Shown piece after piece: positions 1 through 8,236 of a DNA stretch of 16,545 nt. The stretch covers positions 1 through 16,545 of the forward strand of contig JASEGJ010000023.1 of the NCBI GenBank assembly GCA_030018135.1, in the 5' to 3' direction. The notes below the pieces were generated by a model. The model was given only the letters and a program-made list of their open reading frames with translations. It ran no database searches and was not told the DNA's origin. Within the stretch, counting starts at the first letter, position 1. Every line of letters starts with the position of its first letter. The translations under genes were made by a program, and so were the position numbers. Source of the DNA: Candidatus Hodarchaeaceae archaeon (GTDB lineage: Archaea; Hadarchaeota; Hadarchaeia; Hadarchaeales; Hadarchaeaceae).

Positions 1-277
1 CCCGCCTCTTCCTATGCGGCTTCAATGCTGCAGCTGCCTCGCCCAGCTGCTGGAACCAGTACCAGATTGCGGAGTGGGCTACCTCAAGTTCGAGATCCTC
101 AAGCAGGCGCTTAGCCTGTCGAAAACTCGGGCCGTGAAGGTAAAGGTAACAGGCTAGGACCTTCACCCCGGGCGGCTTCTTATTCCTCCGAAAAACTTTT
201 TTGCCCGCTCTCGCAAGCATTTGCGGGAGGAGGTTTGAGAGGAACTCTCCGAGTTCCGGCAGGTGAATCACCTCCAT
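1..277 (-). CDS. IS6-family transposase, N-terminal part (truncated by the window edge, absent from the ORF track)
   Basis: Manual translation from ATG 277 gives MEVIHLPELGEFLSNLLPQMLARAGKKVFRRNKKPPGVKVLACYLYLHGPSFRQAKRLLEDLELEVAHSAIWYWFQQLGEAAAALKPHRKRR with no stop. The FRRNK..P..K....LYL.G.S.RQ....L....V.H.AIW.W.Q pattern is the N-terminal HTH of archaeal IS6 transposases. GGGGTGA lies upstream as an RBS. Confidence 0.8.
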   Translation of the reverse strand, partial: MEVIHLPELGEFLSNLLPQMLARAGKKVFRRNKKPPGVKVLACYLYLHGPSFRQAKRLLEDLELEVAHSAIWYWFQQLGEAAAALKPHRKRR

Positions 278-360
278 GGGTTATTCACCCCTCCTCCCAG
301 TCGCCTCTTCATCGACGATGAATTACGGTACAAAAACTAAAGCCTTATTTGAACAGCACC
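1..360 (-). mobile_element. IS6-family insertion sequence, left end (element continues beyond the window start)
   Basis: Read on the minus strand from 360, the sequence is GGTGCTGTTCAAATAAG, resembling IS6-family terminal IRs (GGYNCTGTT..AAA as in IS26/IS257). An IS6-like transposase ORF starts 83 nt inside it. The other end is not in the window. Confidence 0.75.
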
Positions 361-618
361 GTGTTCGAGGACAATGAGCTATTTAAACTTAACGGTCGGG
401 AAGCTTAATACACACACGATGGAAAATATAAGAATGCCATCCTGATGATTTGTACCTCAGAAAATAAATTAGCAATTCTCCTTGAAATTGTGCATGATCG
501 CGGGAGAATGATCGTCTGTCGCTATAACACATCAGCGTTCCGTGCAAAAAACTCTACACGATGTTAGCGACCTTTTGGCCATTGTCGTGATCAGCTAAGT
601 GAATACCAGACTTCACTT

Positions 619-1569
619 TTAAGACTCGACCAGCACTTTACACTCCTCCGGTGCCTTGTCAAACCTAAGCCTCTTGAAGCTAGGCGCGCGGAACTTGAGG
701 GCTGGCGTCAGATCCATGTATTTGACCTCGCACACCAGCTCGGGCTTCACCCACTTCACCTCGTAAGGCGGCTCAGCATCCACTGGTTTGACATCGGTCA
801 CCCTATCGCTCAGCAACGAGGTGAGCAACTTAAGCAGGTGCTCATCAAAGCCCGTACCTACCTTCCCCATAAATTCGAGCTTGCCCTCACGATAAGCACC
901 CAGCACCAGCGCGCCAAAGTGCCCCTTGCGCCATCCCTCACCCGGCGTATAGCCGACGATGACGCAATCCATCGTTTTAATGCCCTTGAACTTCAGCCAG
1001 TCGCGGCTCCGCTTGCCGATCTGATAGGTGCTCTGTCTTCGCTTCGCCATCGCGCCTTCTAGGCCAAGCTTGATCGCCTCCTCGAAGAAGCGCCTGCCAT
1101 GAGTTTCGACGTAATGCGACAACAGGATGCGCGGGCTCTCGGTGACTACCTCTTCCAGCTTGGCCCGCCTCTGCTCGAGGGGTAGCCCCACTAGCGGCTC
1201 ACCGTTTAAGTAGAGCAAGTCAAACGCGACGAAGGTGGCTGGCATCGTCTGCGAGAGGAGCTCAATCCTCAACTCATCTCCGACGTGTTCGCGGGTTTGC
1301 AACAGCTTGAAATTCGGCCTGCCCTCCCTCAGCACGACGATTTCTCCATCCAAGATGGCTTCATTCGCATCGACATCGTCCCTCAGCGTGAGTTCGGGGT
1401 AACGGCTCGTGATGTTGAGCAGCCGACGATTTTGCAGCCTTAGCTTCTCGCTCACGAAAGCGAGGGTGCGGCTCCCGTCCCACTTCACCTCGAACCAAAA
1501 ATCTTCAGAGTCGAATGGATCAGCGATGTGGGCCAACATTGGCCTGATCTTGCGACCCATCCAGCTCAA
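619..1569 (-). CDS. ligD: ATP-dependent DNA ligase, stand-alone LigD-type ligase domain (NHEJ ligase)
   Basis: Motifs I EVKWDG, III LDGE, IIIa FDLL, IV EGAMAK and V WLKFK are present, followed by an OB domain (GKVGTGF, WVKPELVCEV, RAPSFKRLR.DK). There is no polymerase or phosphoesterase domain. It lies 10 bp downstream of ku. The start is TTG 1569 or ATG 1560. Confidence 0.92.
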   Translation of the reverse strand: MSWMGRKIRPMLAHIADPFDSEDFWFEVKWDGSRTLAFVSEKLRLQNRRLLNITSRYPELTLRDDVDANEAILDGEIVVLREGRPNFKLLQTREHVGDELRIELLSQTMPATFVAFDLLYLNGEPLVGLPLEQRRAKLEEVVTESPRILLSHYVETHGRRFFEEAIKLGLEGAMAKRRQSTYQIGKRSRDWLKFKGIKTMDCVIVGYTPGEGWRKGHFGALVLGAYREGKLEFMGKVGTGFDEHLLKLLTSLLSDRVTDVKPVDAEPPYEVKWVKPELVCEVKYMDLTPALKFRAPSFKRLRFDKAPEECKVLVES

Positions 1570-1579
1570 GGGATCGCCC

Positions 1580-2377
1580 TTAAGTTGCAGAAGCTGGTTT
1601 CTGCTCTTTCTTGACCGCCTGCACGCTCGCCTGTAGCGCCTTCATCAAATCCACCGTCGCGGCGACCTCGACTGGCTTGGCGGCGGGAACCTCGATCCCC
1701 TCGGCCTTCTGCCTGATGAGCTGCATTACAGCTTGGCGATAGCTGTCTACGTATTCCTCCGGCTTAAACTCGCCGCCCATGTGCTCTATCAGTACCTTGG
1801 CTAGATCGAGTTCATTCCCTCGCACCGCCGCAGGCTTCTCCAGCCCCTCGATTTTATCGATGTCGATCACTTCGCTGGGATAGTGCAGCGTAGTCATCAC
1901 CAATGCCTTTTGGTAGGGCCTCACCGCAATCACATGCTCCTTGTTGTGGATCACCACCTTGCCTACCGCTACCTTGTTCGTCAGCGCTAGGACATCGCGG
2001 AGTAATGAGTAGGCCTTCTCGCCCCCCTCGTCTGGCGCGAGGTAATAGTGCGTGCTGAAGTAAATTGAGTCGATGGTGGCGGAATCCACGAATTTTTGAA
2101 CATCTATGTTCTTGACGGTCTTTAGCTGTAGCCCTTCAAGCTCCTCTTTTTTGAGCGCGATGAATTTATCCTTCGTTATGGGGTATCCTCTATCGATCTC
2201 GGCCCACCCGACCTCTCTCCCGCAGGCCGGGCACCAGCGCTGGTACTTGAGCGGTGTATGACACTCGCTATGGAGCATCTTAAATGAGATCGTGCGATCC
2301 CTCGTCGCCGCGTACGCTTTGACCGGTATGTTCACCAATCCAAATACTAAACTGCCTCTCCAAATCGCACGGGGCAT
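1580..2377 (-). CDS. ku: Prokaryotic-type Ku protein (NHEJ end-binding)
   Basis: The N-terminus MPRAIWRGSLVFGLVNIPVK is typical, along with YYLAP, AYSLLRDVL, TTLHYPSEV, FKPEEYVDSYR and C-terminal VDLMKALQASV. An H-x2-C...C-x2-C motif lies in the bridge region. Confidence 0.96.
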   Translation of the reverse strand: MPRAIWRGSLVFGLVNIPVKAYAATRDRTISFKMLHSECHTPLKYQRWCPACGREVGWAEIDRGYPITKDKFIALKKEELEGLQLKTVKNIDVQKFVDSATIDSIYFSTHYYLAPDEGGEKAYSLLRDVLALTNKVAVGKVVIHNKEHVIAVRPYQKALVMTTLHYPSEVIDIDKIEGLEKPAAVRGNELDLAKVLIEHMGGEFKPEEYVDSYRQAVMQLIRQKAEGIEVPAAKPVEVAATVDLMKALQASVQAVKKEQKPASAT

Positions 2378-2449
2378 TCAAACCACATTTTTTAAATTGG
2401 TTGGAAAGGGTTTATTTCTTCCGCAGGATTTATTGTTTGCAGTGATTTG
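2378..2449. promoter_or_regulatory. Short divergent (bidirectional) promoter region between ku and the MBL-fold gene
   Basis: A 72-bp AT-rich gap between head-to-head genes, containing TTTTTTAAAT and GAAAGGGTTTATTT (BRE/TATA-like). Confidence 0.5.
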
Positions 2450-3301
2450 ATGGTCGACCTCGTATTTTTGGGATGCGGCGGGGGGAGATACCAAACCGTC
2501 GATCAATATTTTAAGACCGGCGGCTTTCGTTTGCATGGCCAAGCCAACATCCACGTCGATCCAGGCCCCGGGGCACTTTTGCTGACGCACCAGCACGGTT
2601 TAGATCCGCTCGATCTCGACTGTATCGTCGTCACACATTGCCACCCCGATCACTACACGGATGCGGAGGTGCTCGTCGAGGCCATGACCCAGCACATGAC
2701 GAGGAAGCGAGGGGTGCTGATAGGCAGCGAGAGCGTGCTTCACGGGAGGGGGGAATTTGGGCCTGCCATCTCTAGGTACCACCAACATAAAGCGGAGAAG
2801 GTCATCGTTTTGCGGCCCGGCGAAACCTATGAATTCGAGGACCTTAAGCTAGAGGCCACACCCACGCAACATAGCGATTCCACCACTTTTGGGCTAAAAT
2901 TTCACTCGCGACACGGCACCATCGGCTACACGAACGACACGCAGTACTTCGACGAGCTAGCCGATAATTTCAAGGGCGCTCGTGTGCTCATCGCGAACGT
3001 CACCAGGCCGCTCGCCATGCGCATCCGTTGGCACCTATGCTCTGACGACCTCATCACGCTTCTGAAAGAGGTGAAGCCCGAGCTGGCGGTGATGGTGCAC
3101 ATGGGCATGCTGTTCTTGAGGCATCCGCCAGAGGGGGAGGCGGCCAGGATCAGAGCTGAAACTAACGTTGAAATCGTGCCGGGGTATGCTGGGTTGCGCA
3201 TCGGCGTCGATAAGGAAATAAATGTTAGGCGACCGGTTAGACAGCCCAGCTTGGAAGCGTTCGCGAAGGCGCGCCCAGAGCGTTTTGTTGGGGCAGAGTA
3301 G
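2450..3301 (+). CDS. Metallo-beta-lactamase-fold hydrolase (PhnP/RNase Z-like archaeal family)
   Basis: FLGCGGGR N-terminus, VDPGPG, THCHPDH (HxHxDH metal motif), H.DS, YTNDT, WHL and VHMG motifs. The start is ATG 2450 or TTG 2447. Confidence 0.88.
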   Translation: MVDLVFLGCGGGRYQTVDQYFKTGGFRLHGQANIHVDPGPGALLLTHQHGLDPLDLDCIVVTHCHPDHYTDAEVLVEAMTQHMTRKRGVLIGSESVLHGRGEFGPAISRYHQHKAEKVIVLRPGETYEFEDLKLEATPTQHSDSTTFGLKFHSRHGTIGYTNDTQYFDELADNFKGARVLIANVTRPLAMRIRWHLCSDDLITLLKEVKPELAVMVHMGMLFLRHPPEGEAARIRAETNVEIVPGYAGLRIGVDKEINVRRPVRQPSLEAFAKARPERFVGAE

Positions 3302-3309
3302 TCCGAACA

Positions 3310-3320
3310 GATTTATATCA
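3310..3320 (+). promoter_or_regulatory. Probable TATA box for valS
   Basis: TTTATAT sits about 30-37 nt upstream of the valS ATG (3349). Confidence 0.45.
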
Positions 3321-3348
3321 TTAGCTTAGATTTTGATGAGGGCTTCCC

Positions 3349-6027
3349 ATGGAGATACAAAAGGATTACAACCCGCTCGAGGTCGAGCCTAAATGGCAAA
3401 AGCGGTGGGAGGAGCTGGGGATATACCGCTTCAGGCGCGAAGACATGAAGACGCCGACCTACGTGATAAATACCCCGCCCCCGTACCCGAGCGGCGAATT
3501 TCACATGGGCACAGCCTTGAACTGGACATACTTCGACATCGTCGCCCGCTACAAACGGATGCAGGGCTACAACGTGTTTTTCCCCCAGGGCTGGGACTGT
3601 CATGGCCTGCCGACCGAGGTTCAAGTTGAGAAGCGCTACGGCATTCGAAAGGGCGATCTGCCGCCGGAGAAGTTCCGCGAACTCTGCGTCAGGCTGACCG
3701 AGGAGAACATCGCGCACATGCGCGAGGAGATGCGCTCCTTGGGCTTCTCCATAGATTGGACGACGGAGTATCGCACCATGGATCCGAGCTATTATGGTAA
3801 GACACAGCTCTCCTTCGTGCAACTCCATAAGAAAGGACTGATCTACCGAGGTGAGCATCCCGTCAATTGGTGCCCGCGCTGCGAGACTGCCATAGCGGAC
3901 GCTGAGGTCGAATATGAGGATAAAGCGGGCTTGCTCAATTACATCAAGTTCAAAATTCACGGCGAGGACGGTTACCTAACCATCGCGACGACTAGGCCCG
4001 AGTACCTTCCGGCATGCGTGGTAGTGGTAGTTCACCCTCAGGACGAGCGCTACAAAAGCTACATCGGTAAAAAGCTCGAGGTTCCGCCCCTCGGCCAAGT
4101 AGTCGAGATAATCGAGGACCATGAGGTAGACCCCCAATTCGGCACCGGGGTGGTGATGGTCTGCACGTACGGCGACAAGACGGATGTGCGATGGGTCAAG
4201 CGTCACAGGCTGCCCACGGTGAAGATGATCGATGAACGAGGGCGTATTACGGAAGTGGCTGGCAAGTACGCTAATCTGACACTTGAGGAGTGTAAGCAGA
4301 GGATAACCGACGACCTCCGCAGGGCTGGTCTCATCGTCAAGCAAGAGGAACTCATGCAAAGCGTCGGAATATGCTGGCGCTGCAAGACGCCGGTCGAGAT
4401 CTTGACCAAGCCGCAGTGGTTCATGCGCGTGCTCGACCTCAAGGATGACGTGGTCGAGGGCGCAAGGCGGGTGCGCTGGGTTCCCGAACACATGCGAACT
4501 CGCCTCATAGATTGGGCTGGTTCTATGGACTGGGATTGGGTGATCTCCAGGCAGCGCCTGTTCGCGACACCCATACCCGCTTGGTACTGTGCAAGTTGTG
4601 CCGAGCCCATCGTAGCCGAGGAGGAACAGCTGCCGGTGGATCCGACAAAGGACGGCCCGCCCCTCGAGCGCTGTCCGAGGTGCGGCAGCGTCAGCTTCAA
4701 ACCTGAGCAGGATGTGCTCGACACATGGATGGATAGCTCCATAACCATCGCAGTCCACGCTGGTTGGCCCAACTTGGATCGACGCCTATTCCCGGCGGAC
4801 CTTCAGTCTAACGGCACGGACATCATCCGGACTTGGGACTATTACCTGTTAGTTCGTCACCTAGCGCTGCTGGGCGACGTACCGTACAGGACCGTGTTGA
4901 TAAATGGCATGGTGTTCGGTGAGGACGGGCGAAAGATGTCTAAATCGCTCGGCAACTATGTTGATACGACATTCGCTAGGAGCAAATATGGGGGGGATGC
5001 GCTGCGCCAGTGGGCCGCAATAGGTGCCTCCACTGGCTCGGATGTGCCGTTTGCTTGGAAGGATGTGGATTTTGGCTATAGGTTCATGCGAAAGTTTTGG
5101 AACGCCGCCCGCTTCGCTGGCCCGCACTTCAAGGGCGCGAAAATCAACGAAATGGTCCCGGACGAACTCGAGTTCAGGCCGACCGACAGATGGATATTGA
5201 GTCGTTTGAATCGCTTGGTCAAGCAGGTCACAGAGTACCTTGAAGAGTTTCAGTTCAACCGGGCAATTAGCACCATTCAAACTTTCATTTGGCATGAGTT
5301 CTGCGATATGTATATCGAGGAGGTTAAGTATCGGCTCTACGGCGGCGACCGAACTGCCGACGCCGCGAGATATTCCCTCTACAATGTCATCCTGACAGCG
5401 ACCAAACTGCTCGCGCCGTTCACGCCGCACTTTGCGGAGGAGATATATCAAACGTACTTTGCCGCCGATTATCCACACCCAAGCGTTCATGTCGCTGGTT
5501 GGCCGAGCGCAGATAAGCGGTTCATGGATGACATCAGCGAGGAGATGGGAGAGCTTACAAATATCGTGATAAGCGCAATTCGTCAATTAAAGTCGGAGCG
5601 CGGGATGGCCCTGAGCAAGGAGTTGCCCGCTATCGAGATCTATACGTTAAACGCGAAGACTGCAAAGCGACTTGTGCAAGCTAGCGAGGACATATCGGGA
5701 ACGATGAGGGTAAATAGGCTAGACGTTGTAGTCGGTAAGCCAAAGCTTGCCGAGCGAATCATCGCAATCGAGCCCAACATGGCAATGATGGGCCAACGCT
5801 TACGCGCCGACTCAAAGCTTGTAGCGCAGGCCCTGCGCGAGGCCGATCCAGAGGAATTGGGAAAGCAACTCGCAAAGGGGAGCATCGTACTCACAGCTGG
5901 CGGGAAGGAATTTAAACTGATGCCGGATGAATTAAAGGTGATAAAGGAGACGGCTAAGGGAGGACGAAAAGTCGAAGTGGTCGATATCCCAGAGCCGGCA
6001 TTAACGCTCTTGGTCACTTTGCCGTAA
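3349..6027 (+). CDS. valS: Valine--tRNA ligase, archaeal type
   Basis: TPPPYPSGEFHMGT (HIGH-like), GWDCHGLPTE, WCPRCETA, IATTRPE, GTGVVMVCTYGD, DWVISRQR, DTWMDSS and KMSKS. Confidence 0.97.
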   Translation: MEIQKDYNPLEVEPKWQKRWEELGIYRFRREDMKTPTYVINTPPPYPSGEFHMGTALNWTYFDIVARYKRMQGYNVFFPQGWDCHGLPTEVQVEKRYGIRKGDLPPEKFRELCVRLTEENIAHMREEMRSLGFSIDWTTEYRTMDPSYYGKTQLSFVQLHKKGLIYRGEHPVNWCPRCETAIADAEVEYEDKAGLLNYIKFKIHGEDGYLTIATTRPEYLPACVVVVVHPQDERYKSYIGKKLEVPPLGQVVEIIEDHEVDPQFGTGVVMVCTYGDKTDVRWVKRHRLPTVKMIDERGRITEVAGKYANLTLEECKQRITDDLRRAGLIVKQEELMQSVGICWRCKTPVEILTKPQWFMRVLDLKDDVVEGARRVRWVPEHMRTRLIDWAGSMDWDWVISRQRLFATPIPAWYCASCAEPIVAEEEQLPVDPTKDGPPLERCPRCGSVSFKPEQDVLDTWMDSSITIAVHAGWPNLDRRLFPADLQSNGTDIIRTWDYYLLVRHLALLGDVPYRTVLINGMVFGEDGRKMSKSLGNYVDTTFARSKYGGDALRQWAAIGASTGSDVPFAWKDVDFGYRFMRKFWNAARFAGPHFKGAKINEMVPDELEFRPTDRWILSRLNRLVKQVTEYLEEFQFNRAISTIQTFIWHEFCDMYIEEVKYRLYGGDRTADAARYSLYNVILTATKLLAPFTPHFAEEIYQTYFAADYPHPSVHVAGWPSADKRFMDDISEEMGELTNIVISAIRQLKSERGMALSKELPAIEIYTLNAKTAKRLVQASEDISGTMRVNRLDVVVGKPKLAERIIAIEPNMAMMGQRLRADSKLVAQALREADPEELGKQLAKGSIVLTAGGKEFKLMPDELKVIKETAKGGRKVEVVDIPEPALTLLVTLP

Positions 6028-6029
6028 AA

Positions 6030-6221
6030 TCAAGCTTTAAACCAAGACGATAGCAATATCAGCAGGAAGAGAGCGATGAAGATCGCCATAGTAAACAATC
6101 TCATGCGCAACATCCGTTTTTGGTGCTGCTTAAACATATTCTCGCACTCGACCGAGCATAGGAGCTTCTCAGGGGCCACCGACCGCCCGCAGACCACACA
6201 ATGTTTATGATCTTCGACCAT
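6030..6221 (-). CDS. Small Zn-ribbon membrane protein (DUF2116-like), 63 aa
   Basis: From ATG 6221 it reads MVEDHKHCVVCGRSVAPEKLLCSVEC..., with two CxxC/CxxxC motifs and a C-terminal hydrophobic helix. GGAGG precedes the start, 1 nt after the pyrH stop. The longer ORF in the track (start 6347) overlaps pyrH and is over-extended. Confidence 0.85.
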   Translation of the reverse strand: MVEDHKHCVVCGRSVAPEKLLCSVECENMFKQHQKRMLRMRLFTMAIFIALFLLILLSSWFKA

Positions 6222-6222
6222 G

Positions 6223-6912
6223 TCATCCTCCTGGCAAAATGGCTGTGCCGCTGTGTTTGTCCCCCTCCAAAATTTCGGGCATGCGCTTGATCTCGTGCCT
6301 GCCCAGAACGAGGGTCCTGATTCTCGCTCGCTCGATGATCCTCGCACCGACGGGATCGACGATTACCTTTACGCCCGGCTCCATCTTAACGCCGGTCACC
6401 AATTTTACCAGCTCGCACGCCGTCATCGCCTCAAGTTTTTTCGCGCTTGGGTCGAGCTTCGGATCTGCGGTGTAGACTCCGTCGACATCGGTAAAAAACA
6501 TAAGCATCTCGGACCTGCTGGAATTCGCGAGCATCGCAGCAACCGCGTCGGTCGTGTGTCCGGGTACCGTGCCACCCATCACAGGAATTTTGCCGCGAAG
6601 CATTGCCCTGATGGCCGCTTCAAATGTTAGGACAGGACTCGGCTCGGCCAGCTCACCCAGTGCAGCGATCAGGAGGCGGGCGTTTAGGCGCGTGGCATCT
6701 ATGCCGATGGTATCGCAGGAAACATCGGAGGCCTTGAGCTTGCGCGCGGCTTCTATGTATGTGCGCGAGGTTGCACCGCCGCCAACTACGGCAAGGACCT
6801 CATGTCTTCGCGATCTCAGCTCCCGCAGCGCGTCCGCTATCTCACGTATGCAGCCGAGGTCTGGTACATTCGGCGCAATTATCGATCCGCCAAAGCACAG
6901 CGTCACTCGCAC
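6223..6912 (-). CDS. pyrH: Uridylate (UMP) kinase, archaeal type
   Basis: FGGS, VVGGG, DTIGIDATRLNA, MGGTVPGHTTDAVAA, TDVDGVYTADP and GT near the C-terminus. The likely start is GTG 6912 (229 aa). The track start at 6999 would overlap aRF1. Confidence 0.95.
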   Translation of the reverse strand: MRVTLCFGGSIIAPNVPDLGCIREIADALRELRSRRHEVLAVVGGGATSRTYIEAARKLKASDVSCDTIGIDATRLNARLLIAALGELAEPSPVLTFEAAIRAMLRGKIPVMGGTVPGHTTDAVAAMLANSSRSEMLMFFTDVDGVYTADPKLDPSAKKLEAMTACELVKLVTGVKMEPGVKVIVDPVGARIIERARIRTLVLGRHEIKRMPEILEGDKHSGTAILPGG

Positions 6913-6982
6913 ACCATCGCCAGATGTCCTGTAGGGCGGCATGCTATTAACCCTCGCGGTTAGAACATCAGATGGCGATGCG

Positions 6983-8236
6983 ATGGCAGCAGAAAGCATG
7001 AAGCGCTACCAATTCAGGCGCCTGCTCGACGAGCTGGCGAGCAAGCGCGGGCGGGGCACGGAACTCATCTCGGTTTACATTACCCCAGATTTTGACCTCA
7101 GCAAGGTGGTGCAGCAACTGCGGGACGAGCAGGGCACTGCCGCGAACATCAAGTCCAAAAGTACGCGCAAAAACGTCATTGGGGCGCTTGAGAAGATAAT
7201 CCAATTTCTGCGCACGTACATAGATGTCAATAGGCGTCCCCCGCCAAACGGCATGGCAATATTTTGTGGCAACGTAGCTGGGCGGGAGGATGTCGCTGAT
7301 ATCCAGCTTTATTGGATCGAGCCCCCCGAACCCGTAACCGTGCGGATGTATCGCTGCGACCAAGAGTTCGTGCTTGAGCCGCTTCGAGAGATGCTTCAAA
7401 TCAAAGAAACGATCGGCCTTTTGGTTCTCGATCGCCGCGAGGCAACACTTGCCACGCTGCGGGGTAAGCATGTGGACATCATCCGTACCATGACATCCGG
7501 CGTGCCCGGGAAGCATCGCCACGGCGGTCAGTCCGCGCGGCGCTTCGAACGTTTAATAGAAATAGCCGCGTACGAGTTCATAAAGCGAATTGCAGAGTCG
7601 ACGAACGAGATTTTCTCCCAAATTCCTGACCTGCGCGCCGTGTTGATCGGCGGCCCAGGCCCAATCAAAGAGGAGTTTCTCAGGAGTGAGTTATTGCGCG
7701 ATGATATCAGGAAAAAGGTCGTTGGGCTAATCGATACGGGATATACGGATGAGCAGGGTATAAAGGAACTGGTCAACAAATCTGGCGAGCTCCTGACAGA
7801 TCTTGATATAACAAAGGAAAAGTCGCTCGTGCAACGCTTCATGTCCGAGCTCGTGGCTGGCGGCGGATTGGTAGCGTACGGCGAGCTAGAGGTCAGGCGC
7901 TTCCTAGAACAAGGCGCGGTCGAATTGCTTTTAATCTCCGAGGCGCTGCGTCGCCACCGCACCTTGGCGCGATGTCAAGCATGTGGGAATGAGCTAAGGG
8001 AAACAGTCGAAGACATCGAGATTTATAGGCGACAGCTAGTAGGGCGTCGATGCCCGAGATGTGGCGAAGCCAAACTTGAACTTGCTGAAAGCAAGGATAT
8101 GGTCCAAGAACTCTGCGAGATCGCGGATGAGTTCGGCACCAACGTCGAGTTCATCTCCACCGAGACCGAGGAGGGCAAGCAACTATGGTCGGCGTTCAAG
8201 GGCCTGGCGGCGATATTGCGCTTTAGGGCCGGTTAA
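6983..8236 (+). CDS. prf1: Peptide chain release factor aRF1
   Basis: GRGTELISVYI, NIKS, YRCDQEF (YxCxxxF), VPGKHRHGGQSARRF, a CxxC...CxxC minidomain and TEEGKQL...FKGLAAILRF. The likely start is ATG 6983. Confidence 0.97.
   Translation: MAAESMKRYQFRRLLDELASKRGRGTELISVYITPDFDLSKVVQQLRDEQGTAANIKSKSTRKNVIGALEKIIQFLRTYIDVNRRPPPNGMAIFCGNVAGREDVADIQLYWIEPPEPVTVRMYRCDQEFVLEPLREMLQIKETIGLLVLDRREATLATLRGKHVDIIRTMTSGVPGKHRHGGQSARRFERLIEIAAYEFIKRIAESTNEIFSQIPDLRAVLIGGPGPIKEEFLRSELLRDDIRKKVVGLIDTGYTDEQGIKELVNKSGELLTDLDITKEKSLVQRFMSELVAGGGLVAYGELEVRRFLEQGAVELLLISEALRRHRTLARCQACGNELRETVEDIEIYRRQLVGRRCPRCGEAKLELAESKDMVQELCEIADEFGTNVEFISTETEEGKQLWSAFKGLAAILRFRAG

Noticed and set aside
191-202. A6-G-T5 run in the transposase as a programmed frameshift site
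   Set aside because: Careful translation shows the frame from ATG 277 passes through it in frame (GKKVFRRN), so no shift is needed.
2378-2596. 72-aa ORF directly upstream of ku as a third NHEJ gene
   Set aside because: It is mostly antisense to the conserved MBL N-terminus and runs across the promoter gap.
3499-3513. ValRS HIGH motif reading HMGT
   Set aside because: The fourth position varies in archaeal ValRS, and all other catalytic motifs are intact.
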